Source: Azolla caroliniana | Lineage: Eukaryota; Plantae; Polypodiophyta | Assembly (NCBI GenBank): GCA_043228905.1 | Contig: JBHGNT010000004.1 | Coordinates: forward strand, 19,902,001 to 19,966,000 | Direction: 5' to 3' | Length of the DNA: 64,000 nucleotides | Shown: positions 38,261 through 51,400 of the stretch, piece by piece | How the letters are laid out: each line of letters starts with the position of its first letter | Numbering within the stretch: position 1 is the stretch's first letter | Translations under genes and position numbers: made by a program | The notes under the pieces: model-generated | The model's input: only the letters and a program-made list of their open reading frames with translations | Told to the model about the DNA's origin: nothing | Database searches by the model: none

Positions 38261-41200
38261 TAACAAAATTTGGCTTCGATGGAAATAGAAATATATTTCC
38301 ACGAATTTACAAACTTAGACCTTGACACTCACTCACATTCTCGAATCGACTCCAAATGTGTGTTATGTATGCTATTTATTCATCATGCTTTTTGCCTATT
38401 TCTTTACAAACCTTCACTGCATGTGTCTACCTTCTCTTGTCTTGTCATGTGTCTGGTCGGACTTAGTTCCGATTCTGGATTGGACTCACGGCCATGCTCT
38501 CGTGACAGTAATGACTCTTTTCTGGATCGATGCGGTTTGCTTGTTCTAATCCCAAACACGAGAGTTTGTTTTTGTATGTGGTCATTCTGGGTCTATATGT
38601 TGGGTCCCTTGATCGCATGAAAATTAAGGTTGATTCCGGGATTGAAAGTCTGTGCATTCTGATTCTTTGGGATCAGAACTCTATATCCATTCTGATTTTG
38701 GGTCAAAGTTTTATGCTCTAGTTTTAGGTCAATTTTAAGGTCCTCAATCACATGAAATTTATATATTGATTTTGTGCAAGAGTTTGCATTTTTTTATTCT
38801 AGGTTGCAACGAAGTCCTTGATCACATGGGAATTCTGAGATTTGAATACATTGTTATATGTTCCAAAGCAATCTAGAAGTTTTTTACGATAGTTACAATA
38901 TGCTTCCTTTGGATCATAAGCAAACTCCAACTAAGCTTCCAGGGTACTCACAGTATTACATTCTTTTAAATCATATGAAAGTTTGTCTAACCATAACTAC
39001 ATTAGAAACATTAAATGGGTTTTTTGATTCGCAATTAAAGCAAGAGAACATATGTGTTAAGATGGTAGCACTATTATCTTGTATCTACAAGTTGCCGCCC
39101 CCCTGGATTGGGTACAAGCTAACGAAATGTTGTATAAATAAACATCATCTCTTAGGCATGGTGGAAGAAAAGACATGATAATCATCAAATTCAAGTTTAC
39201 TACTAAAATAAACAATGTTCTTGTGGAGATGCTTATGCTGTATAATTCTTTTTCTTTGTGTGAGGTGTCAAAGAGGATTAAAAACAAGGATTCGCTTGTT
39301 ATGGAATAGTTCATCAACTAAAGGGAAATCTTGACACATAATTGGAAAATCCTCTAGGTGGTCTCTTTCCCAATAATTAATGAAGCAACATTTTGGATGT
39401 CATATTTTTACGATGGATCAAAAGTTGGGCACTAAGGACTATTTGGATAATCCAAAGTCATGTACATTTAGTCAACCGCCTGATTGTGTGAGGCTTTTAT
39501 AATAGCTAAAGTATCGTGTTTGTGTAATTGCAAGATGTTTTAATTTCTTATTGCACTTTTAATAAGAAACTTGTCATCATCGTAACTAGTCAAATAAGAG
39601 TATTTATATTTGCTAACCTATGTTTCTAATCAAGAAGTTGACCATGTCCAATTTTATTAATTTTGACACTCAATTGGCAACTCTAGATTCCATTTCAATG
39701 CCTAATTATGTGATTAGCGGGTTAAACTATTGCTTACCTACATATAGTTTTTTTATTACATTTTCATACACAAAAGCACATTTTAATATTATTTCCACAA
39801 CCATTACCCCAAATTTCTAAAAGAGGGCCTTTTATTCATAGGTATTATTATACATGTTGAAAGCAAGTGCAAGAAAAACATCAAAATACCCTTATGTTTT
39901 TTTGAACTACAAGAGTGTCCTAATTGTTTTTAACTTACCAAAATATACCTATTTTCCAATTAAATCAATTGTTTGCATCGACCGTAACACTGTCATTAAA
40001 ATCACAAATAGAAGTCTAGTTACACTTTGTAACTTTATGCCACGTTTTGGAAAACCTCTATTTCATGGATAGTGAGAATCAAACTAGTATGTTATCTACA
40101 AATTAACTTGTTTTAGCGTTATAGGATCTTTCTTGATCTACACTTAAAGACAACTATAACATTTTCAATATATATATAGATTTGTATATTTATAAATACC
40201 TTTAAGGAGAGTTGCTAGAAGTTTGGGAAGATGCCATACCTATCCATACCTCCATTTTTTGTTGGTTTAATATCTAATATAGTATAAAATATATTATTGT
40301 ACTACTTGGTGGGATAATGTAATTATCAATCAATCCATGCTTTCTTTGTGCCATATTGGTTAGCTATATATCGCTTCATCTACGTTCATCTTTGTGTGCC
40401 TCAAGTTTTGCAAGTTGGTTAGTTTGTGGTCCTTTGATTTTCAATGAAATATAATGGCATGCAAATGCACAAATTTGGCTCCTCTATAGTCTAGTTCACT
40501 CATGTTGCGAGAAATGTTAGAGTGCCCTAATATAAACTCTTGATTAGCTGGTCTTTCTTGAAGAGAAAAATACACCTAATAAGATTACAATGATGTATGT
40601 TTGGATCTATTATCACGAAACTCCAAGGGGGTCACACTCCAATTCAAAAATTGTATATAATAAGTTATAACGTATGAAAGAAGCATGTCTTCCATTTTTT
40701 ATTAATGTAATCAATCAATTGTATATCTTATGATGATTGGGGCGAATGGGACCCCGTGTACTATTCAATATTCAAAATCAATAACTACATCCAATGAAAA
40801 CCCATAAAGAAAAACTATTAGTTGCAAATTGATGACCTGCTAAATAGTAAATATCACAACTAATCATTGTTTGAGGTATGAATTCTATTGACTATAGATG
40901 ATCTTAGCAAATAAATTAATTATCATGCATTACTGAATGAGGGAGTTGCAAATGAAAATCACAGAAATGCTCTCCCATTTGTTGGATACAAGTTCAAGAA
41001 CATTAATGATACCATGTTGACGGTCTAGTTCATCCTCAATAATTTGCCCACATTAGTTTGGATTTCTAGCTAGTAGGACTCGTGGAGGACATGAATGTTA
41101 ATGCATGTGAAACCTTTAGAGGATGCGACATAATGATTTCAATGTATAACCCCTTTGTCGGTCTTTTAATATACATTCTAGATTCACATTAAGCAATACA

Positions 41201-41760
41201 TATTTTTTACACTTAATTTTATTAACAAGAATGAAAAAAATATTGATGTAACGGTTAACCTCAATAGTGACTCAAGTTTCAACTATAATATTAGTGTAAT
41301 GTGAAATGTGCATATATTAATATCCTTGAAAGGCAAGCCGCAATACTCACAAGTGCGTATACCAATGCAAATCATTGATGTGAAATTTATCTGAAAGCAT
41401 AACAAATCACATAACCATCTCACTCTTTGAACTTGGTACAAATAACATCTCGTAGAATAAAATCTCTTATTGTTCTATTCATGCATAAAGGACACAAAAT
41501 CATTGCATCGTGTATGAGGTCAACAAGTTAATTGATGACCATTACTTTCTAATCAAATAAATACACGACACATCTAATGTTTTTATTTGTTTTGTTGCAC
41601 AATCAAAATAAATCGTACCTCTTTTTAATTTATATTTCAAAACATAAGAAGACATCGCAATTGTTACACCATAATATTTTAAGGCCCATATTCAAGAGAA
41701 CACATAACCATTGTAAGGACGGTTAATCAATATTAAGACACATACTAAGACCATAATCAT

Positions 41761-42143
41761 TGTTACGGACATGACCATAATTTATCCCATGGTAGTTTGT
41801 ACCGTGTATTCTACACATGAGAATAAAAGTGTGAGGGTTAATCAAGAAAGAAAGAAGGGCGTTGATCACCCCCAAGAAAAGAGATCAAGATAGACTCGAG
41901 CTTTGAATTACATCCCATACCACCTCCGTGGCATTGAGTCGTACTTGGTATTGGCGCGTGCTCGTTACAAGAGTTTGTTCACCACAAGGTCGCAGTCTCG
42001 ACATAATCGAATAATGTGTCTAATGAGGATAAAGGTAGTATTTTATATACGAGGATAAAAGTGTGAGGGTATCAAGAAAGAAATAAGGGTGTTCATCCAC
42101 TTGATCACCCCCAAGCGAAGGGATTGAAATGGACCAGAGCCTT
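41761..42143. mobile_element. LTR-like terminus related to the 13605-13809 mini-element
   Basis: Begins TGTTACGGACATGACCATAATTTATCCCATGGTAG and contains AAGTGTGAGGGTTAA, both shared with the mini-element. Confidence 0.55.
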
Positions 42144-44808
42144 TGTTGAGAGTCAAACCCAATTCCCCAATGTAATGGCTTTCACATTGCAAATGGACAC
42201 ATTAGGTTCATGCTAGTTTTGTAAATAGTAGAAAGGGCAATTGCCCTAAGTTAGTTGGTACTTAAACTAACTCTTTTGTAACCTACTTATTGTTGGATGT
42301 ATTTTTGGTTGTAACCGTTTCTTGCTAATACGACTTATTGTTCTTTGTCTCTAATTTCACTCTCCCTCTCTATTTGTTTTACACACACACACACACACAG
42401 TTTCCTTCTGTTGCACGACATCACATACACTCTCCATTTGTTTTCATGGTATCAGAGCATGTGGTAGTTTGATAAAAACTCGCTCAACTATGTTGTGTCC
42501 CACGTCAACGATTAAACAGAACCGGTCCAACAATTGAGAAGAAAAACGACACCATGAACACTCAATTGGGAAGTGCTCTTCCTACCAAGAAACTTGACAC
42601 ATTGAACTTTGTATCTTGGGAATACAATATGCACCAATACCTTGTCAGCCAAGGATATCGAAGTTACATCAAAAGAGCTCAAGAAAATCAACCCAACCCA
42701 ACATGGGAGCAAGTGGCAAGTCGCCTGTTGTACTGCCTAGCATCATGAGTCATGTGTCCCACGTCAACGATTAAACAGAACCGGTCCAACAATTGAGAAG
42801 AAAAACGACACCATGAACACTCAATTGGGAAGTGCTCTTCCTACCAAGAAACTTGACACATTGAACTTTGTATCTTGGGAATACAATATGCACCAATACC
42901 TTGTCAGCCAAGGATATCGAAGTTACATCAAAAGAGCTCAAGAAAATCAACCCAACCCAACATGGGAGCAAGTGGCAAGTCGCCTGTTGTACTGCCTAGC
43001 ATCATGAGTCATGTGTCCCACGTCAACGATTAAACAGAACCGGTCCAACAATTGAGAAGAAAAACGACACCATGAACACTCAATTGGGAAGTGCTCTTCC
43101 TACCAAGAAACTTGACACATTGAACTTTGTATCTTGGGAATACAATATGCACCAATACCTTGTCAGCCAAGGATATCGAAGTTACATCAAAAGAGCTCAA
43201 GAAAATCAACCCAACCCAACATGGGAGCAAGTGGCAAGTCGCCTGTTGTACTGCCTAGCATCATGAGTCAATGATCACATGCTCAACTACATTTGAGAGG
43301 CAAAAATGCGGAAAGAAGCATGGGGCAGCACATGCATCAGGAGTAGAACAATATTTAACAAAGGGATATGTCGATCACCAACTACACCTTGAAGATCAAG
43401 GAGTTGTGCGACGCCCTCGGATCTATCAATGTCAGCATCAATGATGATGAAATGGTGCAAATATGCCTCAGTGGCTTAGCACCACGACTCGCCTCGATCA
43501 GATTGGCCATCCTCGCAAGGGAGAATCCTCCCTCCTTTTTCGACCTTCAGTCGATGTTGTTAGTCGAAGAAAATCACGCCCAAACAAGGAGCAATGCGGC
43601 AGATGGTCAGATGCTCTACTCCGACAAGGGAAGAGGATTTGGCCAAGGAAACAGAGGTTGAGTCCAAAGAAGCCAACATGGTTGGCAAACTTGAGAGCTC
43701 GACTCCCACTATTTGCGAGAGGCCAAGAACACACCAAGGGAGTTCGGCAAAAGGGGGAGCCATCATGCCATACCAAGTCGCCAAAATAGCTTGATCGAAT
43801 GTGAGTACTATGGAAAATTCAACCACTATGAAGAGGAGTGGCGAAAGAAGAAATGAGAGTCTGCTTCGACCAATTGACAACTCACGAACTATGCTACGAA
43901 TTCCGACAATGACGACCATGGCAGAATGTTTGTTATGAGGCATAAAGCACACTCAATGTTGGCACCGAGTCCGAACAACACCTTTGCTTTAGAAATCTCA
44001 TGACATCTCACGAAGATTGGTTTTGAGAGTTGCGAAAGCCCGATCGATCGACCTAGCTATGTCAAAACTAGGGATGACACAATTCACCCCATCCAGCATG
44101 TTGGAAATCTCTCGTTTAGGAACGATGGCAAACAAACCTACATCAAGGTCGTCTTGCATGTTCTAACCATCACGAAAAATCTAGTCTCGGTCGGCTAGAT
44201 TGTAGAACAAGGCAGGCAAGTACAATTCAATCACGAAGGGTGCTTTATTGAAAAAGACGGTCAACTTGTTGCTCTGGGTTGAAGAGAAGGTCGAATGTTC
44301 ATCCTCGAGTCGAATGAGGTGAAGTCGTCCATATTTGTGAAAGGCCTTAAAGTCGACACCGATTTGAAAGTGTGGCACAAGAGAATCATCCACATTAATC
44401 TCTAGAAGCTCCAGAACATGAAGGTGATAGGAGTTGTCGTCAGACTTTCGACCTTCACCAAAAGAGAAAGCATTGGAGTTTGTGGAGCTTGCCAATTTGC
44501 CAAGCAACGCCAAATTCCATTCCTGAAGGAGAGGAATGTGAGTATAAGAGTCTTGGACGTAGTCCACTTGGATGTATGGGGACTGGCCCAAATGACTACA
44601 TTCCGCAGATGTTGATGTTATGTGACGTTCTTTGACGACTTCTCTAGGTACACTTGGATCTACAAAAGAACAAACTATTCATTTTTAAATGTCTAGAAGT
44701 GTCTGAAGTCGAAAAAGTAACATGTCGTCATGTCTGATGCTTTCGATCGGATGGAGGAAAGGAGTAATTTTCAGACGAATTTACAACCTATCTCCGAAAG
44801 GAAGGAAA
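42144..44808 (+). mobile_element. Truncated Ty1/copia (5' LTR 42144-42446, gag, PR, partial INT), related to the 10334-18806 element
   Basis: LTR TGTTGAGAGTC...CA, PBS TGGTATCAGAGC at 42447, gag GSALPTKKLDTLNFVSWEY. Ends within the integrase. Confidence 0.88.
42494..43270. repeat. Three identical 259-bp tandem units
   Basis: Units start at 42494, 42753 and 43012. The ORF track shows identical peptides at 259-bp spacing. Confidence 0.97.
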
Positions 44809-45140
44809 CCATGTTTGCATTTGTAAGTGGAAGGATAAAGAATATTTTGTTTGATTTCAAGGTTTTTTAAACCATCTCACGAAAAATGTGATACCAGTAT
44901 CACATGTGCTCAAAGACTCAATGGAAAAGCTTAAAATCTCACCATGTCATAAAATTGAAAATTCATAAAATTAGGTAAATGTCACAAATTTACGCCATGT
45001 TGTTTACCGTAAAATTAACAACTCATGGTTTTTATAACAAACAATATTCACAAGGAGCGATTGATTTAAAAACAATTAAGCTTTATATAAATCGAGTTCT
45101 TACAAGCTTATATTGTTATCATTTCATGCCAAAAATACAA

Positions 45141-47850
45141 TCAAGAGTTATTCCTCTCATAAGAATCACTACTATAGAGCCTAGTATACAATGGTGACTC
45201 ATCCTCCTCCTCATTAGATGTACCAATCAAAGCATTGTCTTCATCTAACAACAAATCATGTGTAGAAGATCTAGTCTACCTTCGATCTGAGAAGCCTTGT
45301 AAACTTGACAATTTCTCTTTTATTATGTTTGTTGTTGACTTCCTTAAACATCCAACTTTTGCCAGTGTAAAGTCATACACAATGATATCGCCCTCTTACA
45401 TGTCAAGGGTCGATGTGTTACGAATATTCCTTTTCCACTTTCTATTTCCTCTTGACTTTGGGCATTCCATCATCTCCAATGCATACTTGCCTATAAATGC
45501 ATTCTTGCTTGTAGTGTTGTACCAATGCACCTTTGTAGACTTTATCTAATTTTGGTTTTCATGCATCACCACATCCAATACTTTACCAATCAAAAATTGG
45601 TGCCCTAGGTCATTTTCATCTGCAAGTGTGACAATTAACATCCCAACCTTTATTTCTTGCATGTTTCCTTGCCAACGGGCTTCAATTGCTTTTATCCACC
45701 TTGGTCCCACATAAGTGTCTCTTTGTTGTGGATGGAGCAAGTTGTCAAGATCTGGATTAGGTGCATGTGGTGGTGTTTGAGAATCAGACATGTGTTGTAC
45801 GAACCAAGTAAATGGTATTTGCAAGGGCCAAATACCAGTTAAGGAATTGTCAATAATTCCTTGTTGATCACTAAAGAACATGTCCCACCATGACGTATCT
45901 TGTGGTCCAAGATACTTCTTTGCATTATCAATGTGCTTTCTTTTATCTTGTAAGGCTTGCATCCAGAAGTTCATTTGTTCATCTATCAACTCACTTTGCA
46001 TTTCCTTTTTCGTCTCAATTGGCATTTGTTTTGCACCATAAATGGTAGTAGATGGCATATAAGCAAGAACTGGCAACCGCCTTCTGGCTCCCATTGGGGG
46101 GAAGATGAGTTGCATGCAACATTGTAGAAACACTTATACCAATTTTCTTTATCAAGAATACGCTATTATTGTTCAATTGGGCTAACACTTTCACATTCCC
46201 CTCCCCGCCATCTGTTATGTATCTCTTAAAATCGTATGTCTCCTTTAAGTGGATCACATTCAGACGTGGCGTATATGCATCACAAATGACGTCAAATAAC
46301 TTTGGTAATGTGAAAACATCATATTAAGATAACTGTCTGGAGAATGTACTGAACATCTGATCAATATGGTCATGTATGTGACCAACCAAAAGGAAGTTAA
46401 CTTTCACTTTCTTGAACACACCCTGTTTCACCAACATACTCAAATATCCAAAGACAGTTGAATTCTTGTTCTCCCTAATAGTGTTGTCCAATTGAATGTA
46501 GGGAACAGGGGGCAATGGATGCCCCCAATTCATCATAACCCTTTGAATCACAATAATTATTAGGTTGGGGTCATTGTGGACATTTGGGTAAGTAATGAAG
46601 ACGCGAGGTTTAATTGTCCCATTATAAGCCAAACAACCCACCAAGTGCATCTGAACAAGACATTCGTCATTGAGGTCTTTCGGAAGCCTCCTAAGGTGAG
46701 ATAGACACGTCTTCTTTTGGTCCATACCATCAACCATTAAACACATGTAATGTTCTAGTTTCTTCAATGACTTCTCTCTGTGGTGCATCGCTTTTTTCCT
46801 CTCTAGTGCTTGTGCTTCTCAATGGTCCTGTAACATCTTTTTATTGATGTCCTTCTCCTTTGTTGTTTTGGCACCTTTAGTTGAGCTCTTTAGGTTTGCA
46901 CAAATAGAACAATACCCCATGTGTACTTTCCGAGGTATAACAATGTTAGTGAATCGTGTTGACCACAATCTTGTGAACTGATTGTAGGTGACGTACTTAT
47001 CACTTGACGTTAACATATTCAATCTGTAGGCATCTTATACTTCTCGTCTTGTGTAATTATCTGAAAGATGCAACCTACTTGTACTTGGCATTACTTCACA
47101 GTTAAGCTTGAAGTAGCTCTTCATCCAACCAATTGCATTTCTTCCGGATGCACCTTTCATACTTGGAACATCGCCGCCAATGATACTAATATCACCGTTG
47201 AGAACTCGTTGTTGCACTCTATGTAATCTCAAGTTGCTAACACATAACGAAATCTTGAATGCAACTCTACAACATTGTAGTCCATAGAAGATATAATACT
47301 CAAATGAGAACTTGATGTTTGACAATATGTCCTTCACCATTTGCATGTGTGTCATAAGATAAGTGTCTTGCTCATCACCAGTGAGTGAGAAATAGTATTT
47401 CCTTAATGACATCAACTTATCCTTTCCAATTGCGGACATGCACCCACGTGCACAACAATCTTTGCCGACATCTATTTTAAGTTGGTTCTCAGATGTCACA
47501 AGGGCAAACCTATCTCGGTTGTTTTGATGTGGGACTCTCCTGAAATGCATAAGGCTTGCCGAGTTGATCTCTTCTACACTTGCACTTATTGCCTCCAATC
47601 GTGTAATGTCAATCTGTCCACCAACCGCAACGCTTGTGCCAACATGATTGTCGTTTCCCTTATTGGTTGAATCCTTAGTGTAGTGGTACTCGTTAATGGA
47701 GAACTCATGACTTAGCTCCATAGTTTGTGGAGACCGAGGAGAGGGGGCACCAACGCAATATTCCTCCACAGAAAATGGTGAACTTGTTGCCATTTGATAT
47801 TCGTCCACTAAAAATGTTCAGTTCGGGCTCATTGTTTCAAGCTCAGATGA
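45141..47850 (-). pseudogene. Sola-like DDE DNA transposase (decayed), with a possible SH3/Tudor/BAH-like C-terminal region
   Basis: Collinear ORFs 47035-47808, 46819-47022, 46324-46788, 46015-46257 and 45546-46133. Cys-rich N-terminus (CCARGC, CCRVAF), CSICANLK, and catalytic-type motifs VDGMDQ, QLDNTIRENKN and VGHIHDHIDQMFS. The superfamily assignment is from recalled motifs. Confidence 0.75.
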
Positions 47851-48124
47851 TCCTAACAAAATTACACTCTTCAGGTTCAATGGAGGTGCTCTTGAAGAAT
47901 ATATGAGAGCACTCAACAAATGAAGGTGTATATATGCTTTATCTATGTATATGTATGTATGTATGTATATATATATATATATTTAATCATATATAAAAAG
48001 AGATATATTAATATGTTTTATACTATAGTTGAACTAACTATAGTTTCAGGTTCAATGGAGGTGCTCTTGAAGAATATATGAGAAGAGCACTTAACAAATG
48101 AAGGTGTATATATGTTTTTATCTA

Positions 48125-48162
<38 letters not shown>

Positions 48163-48478
48163 ATCATGTTATATAATATATAAGGTGTACTATGCCTAAC
48201 TAGAGTTAGTATTAACTAACCCCCATTATCTTTTGGGTGTCCTATAAATAGTGGGTAGATTTTATTTTTAGGATAGAGCACAGAGCACAGAGCATAGCAC
48301 ACCGACATACGCAGACCTTGAAACAGAGCACGCGCACGCATCTACCTCGACAGGCATGCATCCACAGACCACACGCACACAAATAATCACAGAGCATACA
48401 CTCACAAACATCCACAGAGCACGCACACATAGCCACCCACAAAGCATGCACAGACATCCACATAACACTGAAGACCTA

Positions 48479-51400
48479 TGTAGAAAGTAGCGTGCGGAAG
48501 CAAGTATAAAGACAGAACAGAAGGGAGAATACTCAGGTTTAATGGAGAGCTTGAGCTTACACAGTATACACAGTAGAGACCGAGAGAGTTTGAGAGGAGA
48601 CACCAAAAGGAAGGTATATCATTAAAGACAAAAAACAACAATACATATATGTGTTCAATGAACAGTTTGTACAAGCCCTAGAAGGACTGACTGGAGTACT
48701 GACTGTACTTCAATGCTCATTAAGAGCTCCTACACTAACTCCCAAATATATTCCTCACGGAATATCTTTCCTAACGGCCTGACCGATCGGTCCCAGTCGA
48801 TCCGGTCCTCGGCTTCTTCAGCCGATCCGGCCGATGTTGAGCTTGTCTCTCAACACTCCCCCTCAAGCTCAACTTGAGGCTCTTCGGGATCTTCACAACT
48901 CCGGTTCCTCCTGGCTTCACGCCTTGCTCGCGCTCCTCGACCTGTTCGACTCTGCGCGCTTCGACCCTTACGGTCGGCTTGTCTGCTCATGTGACCCTTA
49001 TCAGCTCTTCTGATGTTGCGGTGTTGACACTTCTTCTGCTGCCTTTTCTTCCGCTTGGGCCTCGGTTGATTCAACGTGTTTGAATCAAACATCCGAACCG
49101 ACTCGGCTACTTCCGATTGGTTTTCGCTCTCGTCCGAGTTGGCTATCTCCAACTCGTCTTCGGTCTTCTCACCCTCGATGGCGTCATCTCCCCCATGCGT
49201 GGTTGGCTTCGGCTGCTCCCCTTCTGTCCGCTTTCGGACTTTTTCGTGGATGCGCCCTCGGCTTCATCAGCCGATCCGAACTCAAACTCGACAACCGAGT
49301 CAACCGACTCGGACTCGGTGTCGCGGTCTCCGCTCCTTTCCTACTGCCTTGCTTGGTCGTTCGGGACTGTTCTCCCCCTCAAGTATGGCACGTCGAGGTG
49401 ACGCAACCCGAGCGCACCTGAGAATTGCCGCAACTTGTCCAGACCAAGCGGCTTTGTGAAGATGTCGGCAGTCTGCCGATCCGTCGGCACGTACTAAAGT
49501 TCGACTTCACCGGAAAGGACACGCTCACGGACGAAATGGTAATGCACCTCAATGTGCTTGGTCCGTGCGTGGAAAACGGGGTTCTTCGCGAGCTGGATGC
49601 TGCTGAGGTTGTCACAGTAGATCGTCATCGGATCTGACACCTCCACCTGTAGGTCCTGAAGTAGCCGCTTCAACCATATGGCTTCGCATGTCACGACAGC
49701 CGCTCCTCGGTACTCAGCTTCGGTGCTCGACAGTGCAACTGTCGGCTGCTTCTTACTGCTCCACGTGATCGTGGCACTCCCAAGGGAGAATGCGTATCCG
49801 GACGTGGATCGGCGATCGGCGGCGTTGCCAACCCAATCAGCATTGGTGTAGCCGACTAACTGCGCGGCTGCACCAGTCCGATATAGCAGTTCTCGGTCCT
49901 TAGTGCCACTTACGTACCGCAGTACGCATTGCGCACACTGAAGGTGCTCCTCGGTAGGTCGCGCCATGAACTGAATGATCACCCCGACTAGATAACTGAG
50001 GTCGGGTCGGGTGATGGTCAAGTATATGAGGCTTCCGACAATTTGTCGGAACCTCGTTGGGTCGCATACCTTTCCCGTATCGGGACGAAGCTTGACGGTT
50101 CTGTCCAGAGGAGTCGAGACGGACTTACAGTCGGCCATCCCGAATTTGAAGAGCATACTCAACACGTAATGACGTTGGCTGATCAATATGCCTTCGGGGG
50201 TACGGATCACTTCGATCCCGAGGAAGTAATGAAGGTCCCCCAGATCCTTCATGTCGAACGATGCCGCAAGCTGGAGCTTCACGCGGTTGATTTCACCTAG
50301 GTCGGCGCCGGTGATGGCCAAGTCATCGACATATAGTCAGTGTGCGCAATGCGTACCGCAGTACGCATTGCGCACACTGAAGGTGCTCCTCGGTAGGTCG
50401 CGCCATGAACTGACTGATCACCCCGACTAGATAACTGAGGTCGGGTCGGGTGATGGTCAAGTATATGAGGCTTCCGACAATTTGTCGGAACCTCGTTGGG
50501 TCGCATACCTTTCTCGTATCGGGATGAAGCTTGATGGTTCTGTCTAGAGGAGTCGAGACGGACTTACAGTCGGCCATCCCGAATTTGAAGAGCATACTCA
50601 ACACGTAATGACGTTGGCTGATCAATATGCCTTCGGGGGTACGGATCACTTCGATCCCGAGGAAGTAATGAAGGTCCCCCAGATCCTTCATGTCGAACGA
50701 TGCCGCAAGCTGGAGCTTCACGCGGTCGATTTCACCTAGGTCGGCGCCGGTGATGGCCAAGTCATCGACATATAGTAGAATACTAATCAGTCCGAGTCGA
50801 CCTTTCCGGATGAACAGGGAAGAGTCCGATTTTGACGTGACGAAGCCCATCCGACTCAATTGTTGCGTGATCTTCGCGTTCCAGGCACGCGGGGCTTGCT
50901 TCAGTCCGTAAAGGGACTTCTTCAGTCGGCATACTGCCGAGGAGTTCGTTCCGGAGTGAAATCCGGGGGGCTGTACCATGTACACTTGTTCCTCAAGGTC
51001 ACCTTGCAGGAACGCATTCTTTACATCCATCTGATGTAAGTGCCACCCCTTCGCCGCAGCTACTGCGAGCAAAACACGGACGGTTGTCATTTTCGCGACC
51101 GGCGCAAATGTCTCATCGTAGTCGATGCCGTGTTTCTGCGCGTAGCCCTTTGCCACTAGCCGAGCCTTGTACCGGTTAACGGAGCCATCGATGTTGTACT
51201 TGACCTTGTACACCCACCTACACCCGATCGGTTTTACCCCTGTTGGTGCGTCAACTAGGTCCCAGGTCTTGTTCTCCGCCAATGCGTGCATCTCTTCCTC
51301 CATCGCGGCACGCCAATTCGCGTCTTTAGCCGCTTCTGCGTAGCTCTCCGGCTCACGCACTTCCGCTACACGGGTCATGTACGCATAATGATGCGCCATG

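Noticed and set aside
37724-38328. ORFs with poly-E/poly-R/poly-S
   Set aside because: Products of (GAA)n/(CTT)n microsatellites in the probable 5' UTR.
38800-41700. AT-rich region with faint retroelement-like peptides
   Set aside because: Too decayed to assign a domain by eye.
44809-45140. Left TIR of the putative transposase/MTase element
   Set aside because: No inverted counterpart was found by eye elsewhere in the window.
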